NCBI GenBank assembly: GCA_910587225.1
Contig: CAJULT010000004.1
Span: 1 to 59,349, forward strand
Reading direction: 5' to 3'
Length of the DNA stretch: 59,349 nucleotides
Origin: an uncultured Christensenellaceae bacterium
Lineage (GTDB): Bacteria > Bacillota > Clostridia > Christensenellales > UBA1242
Shown: piece by piece, positions 1 through 7,030 of the stretch
How the letters are laid out: every line of letters begins with the position of its first letter
How positions within the stretch are numbered: the first letter of the stretch is position 1
Program-made: the position numbers and the translations under genes
The notes under the pieces: generated by a model
Seen by the model: only the letters and a program-made list of their open reading frames with translations
What the model was told of the DNA's origin: nothing
Databases searched by the model: none

Positions 1-266
1 AGGTGACTGCGCCCAACTTTTGCATAGCCATACCCCGGCAAATCTACAAATCGAGAACTATCATTTATGTCAAAATAGTTCACCATTTTGGTAAGTCCGG
101 GCGCACTGGACGCTTTAGCAAGTCGCTTCTGCCCAACTAGCATATTGATAAGACTGCTTTTGCCCACATTGCTTCGCCCCACAAACGCAAATTCAGGAAC
201 GCCGTCCCCTAGAAGTTTACTTTTGTCCACCACACTGGTGAGATACTTTGCACTTTTTATATTCAT
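1..266 (-). CDS. engB: ribosome-biogenesis GTPase EngB/YsxC, N-terminal part (gene runs off the left window edge)
   Basis: Reverse-complement translation from the ATG at 266-264 gives [60 protein letters not shown]...[12 protein letters not shown]. This shows the [10 protein letters not shown]-loop and the DLPGYGYA region typical of EngB. It is missing from the ORF track because the window edge truncates it. Confidence 0.8.
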   Translation of the reverse strand, partial: MNIKSAKYLTSVVDKSKLLGDGVPEFAFVGRSNVGKSSLINMLVGQKRLAKASSAPGLTKMVNYFDINDSSRFVDLPGYGYAKVGRSH

Positions 267-321
267 ATCAAAAGAATAACACATTTTACAGCATTTTGCA
301 AATCAAAGTTCTGCAAAACGA

Positions 322-349
322 ACAAAAAAAAGAGCGCTAAAAGCACTCT
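322..349 (-). terminator. rho-independent terminator after the 337-993 gene
   Basis: Minus-strand agagtgc-tttta-gcgctct stem (7 positions, one mismatch) followed by a run of 8 T. It overlaps the stop codon. Confidence 0.55.
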
Positions 350-993
350 TCTGTCTTATTTGTAATCATGCTTATTATATCCGGCTTCTCTGCTTTATTT
401 TCGTCCGGCAAATCAATCAACAATTGCTCTAAAAATTTTCTTCTCTCTGGGGTAACTTTATGTTTTTCCAGCTCCAATTGTGCAATGTTACGAGCCACAA
501 CGATTACTAAAAGATCATCGCAATAATTTTGTTCATACCATTCTTTGTCACGAATAGTCCAGTCAGTCAGCCACTTGCAATCCTCGAAGAATTGATTGTG
601 ACTTCGCTTTTGCACTTTAACAGGTTTAAAAACTTTGTAATACACATTTTTCGGGCAAGCGATTTTCCAAGTAGTGTCATAGCAGTAGCCACCCTTTTCT
701 ACCCAACCATGTCCAGTTTTTCCTTTCCATGCCTTACGCAAACTTCTTAAATTTCCGCGACAAACATAAGCCTCTTTCCCAAATGCAAGTCCTAGCGTAG
801 CTGAGGCATCATAACAATGCCCATTTGTCATATAACTCTCTGTCAAATGATAATAAATAGGCAAACCTCGAAAATACATCCCGTCAAATTGACGATAAAA
901 CTCGCCATCAAACTTCTTTATTATACCTTCGTGCAAATACTTGTGATAATTGTAAATAAAAGACTTCTCTAAATGCTCATCAATAAGCTTCAT
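337..993 (-). CDS. hypothetical protein with a transglutaminase-like Cys-His-Asp core
   Basis: 218-aa ORF. NGHCYDASATLGLAF ... GHGWVEKGGYCYDTTW matches the G-x-C-x-x-[FY]-[AS] ... H-x-W-[VA]-E ... [FY]-D-[PT]-[TS] spacing of transglutaminase-like cysteine peptidase cores. Recognised from memory, not searched. Confidence 0.45.
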   Translation of the reverse strand: MKLIDEHLEKSFIYNYHKYLHEGIIKKFDGEFYRQFDGMYFRGLPIYYHLTESYMTNGHCYDASATLGLAFGKEAYVCRGNLRSLRKAWKGKTGHGWVEKGGYCYDTTWKIACPKNVYYKVFKPVKVQKRSHNQFFEDCKWLTDWTIRDKEWYEQNYCDDLLVIVVARNIAQLELEKHKVTPERRKFLEQLLIDLPDENKAEKPDIISMITNKTEECF

Positions 994-1061
994 TTGTCAC
1001 CTCTACGCAAGTTTAACACAAACCCACGCCAATTTCAAGCCCTAATTTTTTAGACAAACAC

Positions 1062-1087
1062 TAAAAAAACAGGCTTCACCTGTTTTT
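1062..1087 (-). terminator. rho-independent terminator after the 1087-1509 gene
   Basis: aacagg/cctgtt 6-bp stem (1068-1073 with 1079-1084), 5-nt loop, then 7 T on the minus strand. Confidence 0.65.
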
Positions 1088-1509
1088 CAATTGTCTTCTG
1101 CTTCTTGTTGCTTTTTTAAAAGAAAATCTTCCCAATAATCTGAATAATCCACGCTGCCCGCTCCATTATTATAGTCTGCCTTACAAGTCCCGTCTGGCGT
1201 TATTGTCAAAGATAAGGACTCACATATATATCTTCTTCCCTCATGTGGTTCATAGCCAGAAGACAAAAGAAACGCATACCATATGTCATGCTCTTGATAG
1301 CACTGAAAGCGCTTAGGATTTTCCATGCCAGCAAGCTTATTGCCGTTAAATATATATTTAAAAAAATTTGTAACAAGCTCTTTTGTAATTTTAATATTTA
1401 CTTTATTTTCAAACTCTCCGTCGCGTATCTGCTCCAACTCTTTCAATACCCTATTTTGTTCATCTTTCGATAAATCGTTAAACCACTCTCTTACTTCACG
1501 CCTTTGCAT
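1087..1509 (-). CDS. hypothetical protein (140 aa)
   Basis: ORF-track ORF 1087-1563 trimmed to the ATG at 1509 (MQRREVREW...), which has a GGAGGT Shine-Dalgarno at 1517-1522. No recognisable motif. Confidence 0.6.
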   Translation of the reverse strand: MQRREVREWFNDLSKDEQNRVLKELEQIRDGEFENKVNIKITKELVTNFFKYIFNGNKLAGMENPKRFQCYQEHDIWYAFLLSSGYEPHEGRRYICESLSLTITPDGTCKADYNNGAGSVDYSDYWEDFLLKKQQEAEDN

Positions 1510-1601
1510 AACAATACCTCCTTTTTGAGTCTTAATTATAAACAACTCTTTATGTTTTGTCAAGTTTGTTTGTCTTTTTATCTAAAACATTAAACTCTAA
1601 G

Positions 1602-1630
1602 TTGACTTTGAGAGGAAATAATAATATAAT
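1602..1630 (+). promoter_or_regulatory. sigma-A type promoter TTGACT-17-TATAAT
   Basis: TTGACT at 1602-1607, 17-nt spacer, TATAAT at 1625-1630. The tRNA-like fragment starts 10 nt after the -10, the same geometry as the two other tRNA promoters in this window. Confidence 0.7.
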
Positions 1631-1640
1631 GAAAGAGCAA

Positions 1641-1729
1641 GCAGGAGTGGCGGAAGTGGGGTCCTGAAAATTGCAAAGCAATTTTTGGGTCACAGTGGCA
1701 GACGCGCAAGTTTTAGAAAACTTGCGCCA
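1641..1729 (+). pseudogene. 5'-half tRNA-Leu-like fragment with a 40-nt insertion (pseudo-tRNA)
   Basis: 1641-1655 is identical to 1772-1786, and 1696-1713 is identical to 1787-1804 of the intact tRNA-Leu. The two blocks are split by a 40-nt insert (1656-1695). After the shared block the sequence diverges inside the anticodon loop and closes as a GCGCAAGTTTT/AAAACTTGCGC hairpin. There is no variable arm, T-arm or 3' acceptor strand. Confidence 0.6.
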
Positions 1730-1762
1730 AAGACTAAGTAATTTTTTAAGTCTTGACAAAAC

Positions 1763-3424
1763 TTAATATATGCAGGAGTGGCGGAATGGCAGACGCGCAA
1801 GTTTCAGGTACTTGTGGTGGCAACACCTTGTGGGTTCAACTCCCATCTCCTGCACCATAGCAGGGGTATACGAACCACTGCGAGATTGAGAAACCGAGTT
1901 GTCGGTTTCTTTTTCTTTGTCCTCGTTTCCGTCCTCGTCGTTGCTCCCGTTGGGGTAGTCGGGGAAAATCAAGTTCAGAATGAGTTCTTCTTTCTGCCCG
2001 CCTTTCAAGTGGAATAAGATTTTCATTTTATCGTCGTATAACACAATGCGATAAATAAAAATGTCTATCAAGTCCTTGCGGTGTTTAATCTTGGTATAGT
2101 CGAGCGTGCGGAAATGTAAAAGCCATTGCCTTATGTCTGCGTAACAGTAATTTATCTGTACCGCCTTTTGTGCCGCAATGGTATTGTTCAATTCGGCGTT
2201 TTCGTTCTCTAACTTTTCGATTTGCGACAAAATAATGTCCGTCGCCTTGCCGTGCATAAGGGCTTGCATTAGGTTGTTTATCGCCTTTTGATTTTCTGCG
2301 ATAAGGCTTTCAAGCCGTTTTATCTCGCTGTCGTTGCGTTCGGCTTGTATCAGTAGATAGGTTTCTGCGGCTACGCTGTCAATAAATTCGTCGGTCAGAA
2401 CGCCGTACCTGTTCCGCTCCGTACCGTCGCCCGTGATAGCCGTTATAACCTCGTCCTCTAAATCTTGCTTGCGTATCGCTCTCTTGCGGCAACCGCATTT
2501 ACTTACGCCTACGCATTTATAGTAATTGTAAATGGTCTTGTTATGGCTCGTGCCGCTTATTCCCGTTATTTTGTTGCCGCAGTGTCCGCATATCAATTTT
2601 TCGCTCAAAATGTATTCGACTTTCGCCTTACCTCTTGACGGTGCGGCGGCGTACTTTGCCAAAACTCTTTGCACTTCTTCAAAAAGGTCGTCGTCGATAA
2701 GTTGCGGTATGCCGCCGTCCGTTTCTTTGCCTTGATAAATATACTTGCCCAAATAGCGGCGGTTGCTGAATATGCTTTGAAAACTGTTTTTGTTCCACTG
2801 TGCGCCCGTTGATGTCTTAATTCCGCGCTCGTTCAGATGACGGGCAATATCGGCGTATGTATGTCCGTTTGCAAGCATTTCAAACATTTGCCGCACAATG
2901 GGCGCTTTTTCCTCGTCAATGACATAGTTTTTCTCGCTGTCTATCTTATAGCCGAGTGCAACCGCACCGCCGAAAAATTTACATTTTGCCGCCGACATAG
3001 CAATACCGCGCTTTACCTTTTGCGACAGCTCGGCAGAATAGTATTCTGCCATACTCTCTAAAACGCCCTCGATTAAAATACCGCTCGCGTCGTCCGTGAT
3101 ATTCTCTTTTGCCGAGAGTACGCGAACGCCGTTTTTCTTTAACTTTGCTTTATAGGTTGCACTGTCATAGCGGTTACGGGCGAAACGGTCTAATTGATAT
3201 ACAAGCACAAATTGAAAGCCTTTGCGCTTGCTATCCTCAATCATTTGCAAGAATTGGTCTCGCTTGTCGCTCGTACCCGTCAAATGCTCGTCTATGTATT
3301 CGTGGACGATAGTCAAATCGTTTCTTTGAGCATAGGCGTAACATTCGGCGAGTTGCCCTTCGATAGATTGGTAGTTTTGCTTTGAGCCTGGCGAATACCT
3401 TGCGTAGATAACTGTGTTTTTCAT
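1763..3424 (-). CDS. large serine recombinase (resolvase/invertase catalytic domain, recombinase domain and zinc ribbon)
   Basis: N-terminus VIYARYSPGSKQNYQSIEGQ...LDRFARN carries the catalytic Ser context. CGHCGNKITG...YYKC is the zinc ribbon, followed by a coiled-coil region. The last ~32 codons are antisense to the tRNA-Leu gene. Confidence 0.85.
   Translation of the reverse strand: MKNTVIYARYSPGSKQNYQSIEGQLAECYAYAQRNDLTIVHEYIDEHLTGTSDKRDQFLQMIEDSKRKGFQFVLVYQLDRFARNRYDSATYKAKLKKNGVRVLSAKENITDDASGILIEGVLESMAEYYSAELSQKVKRGIAMSAAKCKFFGGAVALGYKIDSEKNYVIDEEKAPIVRQMFEMLANGHTYADIARHLNERGIKTSTGAQWNKNSFQSIFSNRRYLGKYIYQGKETDGGIPQLIDDDLFEEVQRVLAKYAAAPSRGKAKVEYILSEKLICGHCGNKITGISGTSHNKTIYNYYKCVGVSKCGCRKRAIRKQDLEDEVITAITGDGTERNRYGVLTDEFIDSVAAETYLLIQAERNDSEIKRLESLIAENQKAINNLMQALMHGKATDIILSQIEKLENENAELNNTIAAQKAVQINYCYADIRQWLLHFRTLDYTKIKHRKDLIDIFIYRIVLYDDKMKILFHLKGGQKEELILNLIFPDYPNGSNDEDGNEDKEKETDNSVSQSRSGSYTPAMVQEMGVEPTRCCHHKYLKLARLPFRHSCIY
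1772..1857 (+). tRNA. tRNA-Leu (anticodon CAG), class II with long variable arm, CCA encoded
   Basis: Acceptor GCAGGAG/CTCCTGC; D-arm GCGG..CGC; anticodon stem CAAGT/ACTTG with loop TTCAGGT; long variable arm; T-arm GTGGG-TTCAACT-CCCAT; discriminator A plus CCA. Confidence 0.85.
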
Positions 3425-3523
3425 TGTCTGCTCCTTTTGCGCGGTCTCTTTTGTGGGGACTGCGCCTTAATTTTTTAAGGCGATTATGCTTAATCGCCTC
3501 TTAATTAGCCCACACCGCCGATA

Positions 3524-3614
3524 GCGGAAAACTGTCAAGGGTTTTAACCGCGCCACGCGCGGCGGCGTTTTATGCCTAACGGGAGATAAATAGCCGCCCT
3601 TGACTGTTTTCCGC
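3524..3614. repeat. 17/18-bp inverted repeat (GCGGAAAACTGTCAAGGG / CCCTTGACTGTTTTCCGC) enclosing a GC-rich 55-nt core
   Basis: Arms at 3524-3541 and 3597-3614. The core contains the CGCGCCACGCGCG palindrome and a GGCGGC/GCCGCC stem. Confidence 0.7.
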
Positions 3615-3685
3615 AGAGGTGGTACTCATAGCCACGATTACCGTGAAAGTTTGTATAATGTGTTTTGGCAATTTCTCAAAACCTC

Positions 3686-3714
3686 TTGACAAACTTTACT
3701 ACAAGTATTATAAT
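3686..3714 (+). promoter_or_regulatory. consensus sigma-A promoter TTGACA-17-TATAAT for the TetR operon
   Basis: TTGACA at 3686-3691, 17-nt spacer, TATAAT at 3709-3714, 35 nt upstream of the ATG at 3749. Confidence 0.75.
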
Positions 3715-3748
3715 TTAACTGTCAGTAAAAAGTCAAGGAGAATTGCTT

Positions 3749-4372
3749 ATGAATACACGCACGGAAAGGACTATTTCATTTAACCGCAAAAACATACTTG
3801 AAGCGGCAGATAAACTATTTACGCAAAACGGCATAGAAAAAACCACAATGGATATGATTGCCGTTGAAGCGGGTTATAGCAAGCCTACGCTATACGGCTA
3901 TTTCAAAGATAAAAACGAGGTCTATTTTGCACTTGTTTTGGATTTTATGCAAAAAATCACAAAGCAAGTAAATTCTATTGCCGCAAAAGAATTGCCGTTT
4001 ATAGATACCTATAAAAAAATATGTGAGTTTGTTTTTCGGCTTGCCGTTCGCTATCCTCTGTATTTCGAGGGCTTAATCGGGAAAATAAATGTCGATATAT
4101 CTAATTCGGACACCCCGAAAATCTATAAAGAATTATACGAGCGCGGCGAAGAATTAACGGGCACTATCGAGCAACTTATTCAAAAAGGTAAAGATGAAAA
4201 TATCATAAATAGCGACCTTGAAAACGCCGCCGTTATTCTTTATCTGTGGAGTTCTGTATCGGGCATTATCAGAATGTCCTTATTGAAAAAAGATTATATG
4301 AAAATTCTAAAACTGAACGAAAATGATTTTAGCGGCTTTTGCTTTGAAAGGCTGTTACTCTCTTTGAAGTGA
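3749..4372 (+). CDS. TetR/AcrR family transcriptional regulator
   Basis: The N-terminal HTH ILEAADKLFTQNGIEKTTMDMIAVEAGYSKPTLYGYFKDKNEVY is the classic TetR_N signature. The ATG at 3749 is preceded by AAGGAGA. Confidence 0.85.
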   Translation: MNTRTERTISFNRKNILEAADKLFTQNGIEKTTMDMIAVEAGYSKPTLYGYFKDKNEVYFALVLDFMQKITKQVNSIAAKELPFIDTYKKICEFVFRLAVRYPLYFEGLIGKINVDISNSDTPKIYKELYERGEELTGTIEQLIQKGKDENIINSDLENAAVILYLWSSVSGIIRMSLLKKDYMKILKLNENDFSGFCFERLLLSLK

Positions 4373-4382
4373 GGAAAAAACA

Positions 4383-5492
4383 ATGACAAGGAAAAAGAAA
4401 ATTATGATTACCGTATTTTCCATTTTTGGCGCAATAATTATCGCCTTATCTGCCGTATTGATTACTGCGGCTGTTATGGGTAAGCGGTTAAAAGTTAGTC
4501 CGTCGCGTTATCTCGAAGGTGTAAGCGAGGAAATACAAGATATTTTGTGGTATTCTTCTATCTCTGCAAACTCGCATAATTCACAGGCTTGGACGGTAAA
4601 ATTGCGCCCCGACGAAAACAAGTTGCAAATAGCGGTTGACAATAAAAGAACGCTTGCCGTTGTTGATGCGACTAAACGCGAGGCTTATATATCGCTTGGC
4701 TGTTACATAGAAACAATGAATACGGCATTTAGTGCCTACGGGTATGAAACGCAAATTATATGCAATGAAAACACCGTCGAATTAACATACAGTAAAGTTC
4801 AGTCTATCGTGAATAAAGATAAACTGAATTTAATTGACAAACGCCATACAGACAAATCTGCCTATTCCACCAAAAAAATAAATGATACTACTGCAAACGC
4901 TTTTCTTGCAAAATATAACGGTTTGCATATCTATCAGAACGGCGAGGAAAATTTTGCATATTTGAAACAAGCAACGCTTGACGCGGTAACGCTGCAATCT
5001 GCCGACCAAAATTACCGTAACGAATTAGCCGAGTGGTTGCGGTTTTCCGATAAAGAGGCAAGCGAAAAATTAGACGGTATCACTGCCGAAATGATAGGCT
5101 TAAAAGGAATAGTAAAAACTTTTTATTATTGGACTACCTCACGCGAAAGCGCAAAAGGCGATAAATTTGCACAACAAGGCATAGACACCGCTAAAAAGCA
5201 AGTAAATAATTGCGGCGCATTTGCTATTATAACGGGTGGAAACACTTTTCCCGAACTTATCAATACGGGCAGAACTACACAAGCATTTTGGTTTGACTGT
5301 GCCGAAAATAATATAGCCGTGCAACCGCTTTCCGCCGCGCTTGAAACGCAACCGTTTTCAAATTCAATTCAAAACGATTTAGGCGTAACCGCCCCCGTAC
5401 AAATGATTTTGCGACTTGGTTATGTGGACGAATACGGAAATAATTTAGGACTGCGCCGCAACCTATCCGACTACATAGAGGTCGTAAAATGA
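4383..5492 (+). CDS. nitroreductase-fold (Acg-like, tandem) protein with an N-terminal membrane anchor
   Basis: A hydrophobic helix (ITVFSIFGAIIIALSAVLITAAV) is followed by SANSHNSQAW, the S-x-x-N-x-Q-x-W motif of nitroreductase-family proteins. The ~330-aa soluble part fits the Acg-like two-lobe type. Confidence 0.55.
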   Translation: MTRKKKIMITVFSIFGAIIIALSAVLITAAVMGKRLKVSPSRYLEGVSEEIQDILWYSSISANSHNSQAWTVKLRPDENKLQIAVDNKRTLAVVDATKREAYISLGCYIETMNTAFSAYGYETQIICNENTVELTYSKVQSIVNKDKLNLIDKRHTDKSAYSTKKINDTTANAFLAKYNGLHIYQNGEENFAYLKQATLDAVTLQSADQNYRNELAEWLRFSDKEASEKLDGITAEMIGLKGIVKTFYYWTTSRESAKGDKFAQQGIDTAKKQVNNCGAFAIITGGNTFPELINTGRTTQAFWFDCAENNIAVQPLSAALETQPFSNSIQNDLGVTAPVQMILRLGYVDEYGNNLGLRRNLSDYIEVVK

Positions 5493-5650
5493 CATATTAC
5501 ACGGTATGCCCCGACTGCGGGTATAAATTGTTAAAAGCAAGCGACGGCTCGAATATAGAAATCTATTGCCCGAAATGCAAAGCAAAACTAATTGTTGAAA
5601 TCAAGGACGGAAAAATACTTATTCAAAAAATATTGGCAGGTAAAACATAA
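5489..5650 (+). CDS. small zinc-ribbon protein (53 aa; CPDCG...CPKC)
   Basis: Its ATG overlaps the upstream stop (ATGA at 5489-5492). It translates to MTYYTVCPDCGYKLLKASDGSNIEIYCPKCKAKLIVEIKDGKILIQKILAGKT, with two CxxC knuckles. It falls below the ORF-track size cutoff. Confidence 0.6.
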   Translation: MTYYTVCPDCGYKLLKASDGSNIEIYCPKCKAKLIVEIKDGKILIQKILAGKT

Positions 5651-5677
5651 CAACCGAAAAACTTAATATCAGACAAA

Positions 5678-5750
5678 AGAATTGAGTGTACGAAAGTAAA
5701 GACAAATTTATTTTCGGGAGCGAATATGCAACACTCAATTCTTTTTTTAT
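5678..5750 (+). terminator. long-loop hairpin plus T-run (possible terminator)
   Basis: 12-bp perfect stem AGAATTGAGTGT/ACACTCAATTCT (5678-5689 with 5731-5742), then TTTTTTTATTTTT. Confidence 0.5.
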
Positions 5751-5873
5751 TTTTCAATACCTCATAACAAGTGCGTTATATAACCCACTACAAACAATAC
5801 GGGGCTGTACGCGCACGCCCGTTTACGGCTGACATTTGTTAAAGAAGCAATAACTCTCTGCGACAGAGTAAAT

Positions 5874-5925
5874 GCCCGACAAATATTTGATTCAATTCAA
5901 ACATTTGTCGGGCGTTTTATTTTTT
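5874..5925 (+). terminator. strong rho-independent terminator
   Basis: 11-bp perfect stem GCCCGACAAAT/ATTTGTCGGGC (5874-5884 with 5903-5913), followed by GTTTTATTTTTT. Confidence 0.7.
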
Positions 5926-5980
5926 CATTAAAAAACCTTACCAAACGCCCGCCTTTCTTCTTATAGGTAGAGGTATTTTA

Positions 5981-6379
5981 ATGAATATAATTCAATACAA
6001 ATTTTGCGACGGTACAACAAGCGCAGTCGAGGTTACGGACGATATTTACGAAGTACATTTATATTTATTGCAACAAGAAAAGCGGCTACATTGGCGAGAG
6101 GCAAAGCATAATGTTTCTTTAAGTTATTTTACCGAAATGGGAATTGACTTCGAGGACAAGCGCACCGAAAACCCGCTTGATATTTGCATACGAAAAGAAA
6201 CCGTTGCAAGCGTACATAAAGCAATGTCAAGACTGACGGACAAACGGCGAAAACTTATACATAAAGCATTTTATCAAGAAATGTCTTTGCGCGCGATAGC
6301 AAGAGAGCAAGGCTTGTCGCACTCGGCGGTATCGCAACAAATGAAAACAGTGTACAAGCATTTAAGGAAATATTTATGA
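5981..6379 (+). CDS. sigma-70 region-4-like HTH protein (mobile-element regulator type)
   Basis: The C-terminus LTDKRRKLIHKAFYQEMSLRAIAREQGLSHSAVSQQMKTVYKHLRKYL is a region-4 HTH. The small size (132 aa) and the context next to a serine recombinase fit this type. Confidence 0.65.
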   Translation: MNIIQYKFCDGTTSAVEVTDDIYEVHLYLLQQEKRLHWREAKHNVSLSYFTEMGIDFEDKRTENPLDICIRKETVASVHKAMSRLTDKRRKLIHKAFYQEMSLRAIAREQGLSHSAVSQQMKTVYKHLRKYL

Positions 6380-6695
6380 CGCATAATGAATTACTATATA
6401 ATTCTTTATATTCACCCTGTAACACTGTAACAGATTTAGCGGTTTCCGCTACTGTTACCTTATTGGCACTACGGAACGCGGAACATAAAAACAATATAAT
6501 GGGTGGCGTATAGTATTACCACGCCACCCCGTAACGTGTAACATAAATAAGGCAGTACGCGGGGCGGCGACAGCCGCCCGTATGCCATAAGGTTACTATT
6601 ACCCTTATGGCACTGCGTCGCAAGTCGCAAGAATTTAGAATTTATAAAGTACCCCGCTGGGTGGGTATGGGTGGGGAAATTTAGGGAGCATTATT
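6380..6695. other. hairpin- and iteron-dense non-coding region of the element
   Basis: Several independent perfect stems (GGGTGGCG/CGCCACCC; GCCATAAGG/CCTTATGGC; GTAACAG..CTGTTAC around AGCGG/CCGCT; a GC stem around GACA). Repeated motifs include GTAAC-n2/3-TGTAACA x2, GTCGCAA x2 in tandem, and GGGTGG(G/C)(G)TAT x3. Confidence 0.6.
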
Positions 6696-6878
6696 ATGAG
6701 TAAAATACCGAGCGGCATTACCGTCATTTACTTTAACGACAATAGTAAAAATATCTATGCGGAATTGCCGCCCGATAACGAACAAGCAAAAAGACTGTCA
6801 AAGCACATTTACAAAAGCGCAATGACAGCCATATCTGCCGACAAGAAAACTGACGAGCCGTTAGCCCCTCGCGGCTAA
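6696..6878 (+). CDS. hypothetical small protein (60 aa) of the element
   Basis: ORF with a GGGAG Shine-Dalgarno 8 nt upstream. No recognisable motif. Confidence 0.45.
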   Translation: MSKIPSGITVIYFNDNSKNIYAELPPDNEQAKRLSKHIYKSAMTAISADKKTDEPLAPRG

Positions 6879-7030
6879 TTGCTTGCCGTATAGTTTATAG
6901 TCCGATAGTAGCAATTCCACTTGGCAATAATATTCAAGCCTATTCACTTGCAATATTACTATGTTCTTTTTTATCGCCTTGCGGTGCACCAATTCGGTTT
7001 AAAATTCGAATACTTTGAGGAGGTTATTAC

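Larger units (their letters stand above)
1858..6991. mobile_element. putative ~5-kb integrative element (serine recombinase plus cargo) next to tRNA-Leu; boundaries approximate
   Basis: This segment is visibly more GC-rich than both flanks. The recombinase sits at the left end against the tRNA 3' end, and a sigma-70 region-4-like HTH gene typical of small clostridial integrative elements is present. The 7-mer TGCACCA at the tRNA 3' end (1851-1857) recurs at 6985-6991, exactly where composition drops back. Confidence 0.5.

Noticed and set aside
88-279. 63-aa plus-strand ORF at the left edge
   Set aside because: It lies entirely antisense to the clearly recognisable engB N-terminus (P-loop GRSNVGKSS on the minus strand). 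It has low-complexity Leu/Pro/Ser composition and is a shadow ORF.
1550-1759. 69-aa minus-strand ORF
   Set aside because: It overlaps the consensus promoter and the tRNA-like fragment on the opposite strand. It has no Shine-Dalgarno. The region is better explained as the tRNA promoter and pseudo-tRNA.
3524-3614. Inverted repeats upstream of the recombinase as an invertible promoter switch
   Set aside because: The segment between the arms is only 55 bp, too short for recombinase-mediated inversion, and it holds no promoter-like hexamers. It is kept only as a structural or binding element.
6376-6513. 45-aa ORF translationally coupled (ATGA) to the sigma-like gene
   Set aside because: The product (MTHNELLYNSLYSPCNTVTDLAVSATVTLLALRNAEHKNNIMGGV) has no clear HTH. 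The DNA is occupied by perfect hairpins and repeated words, so it is not called as a gene. A real small protein cannot be excluded.
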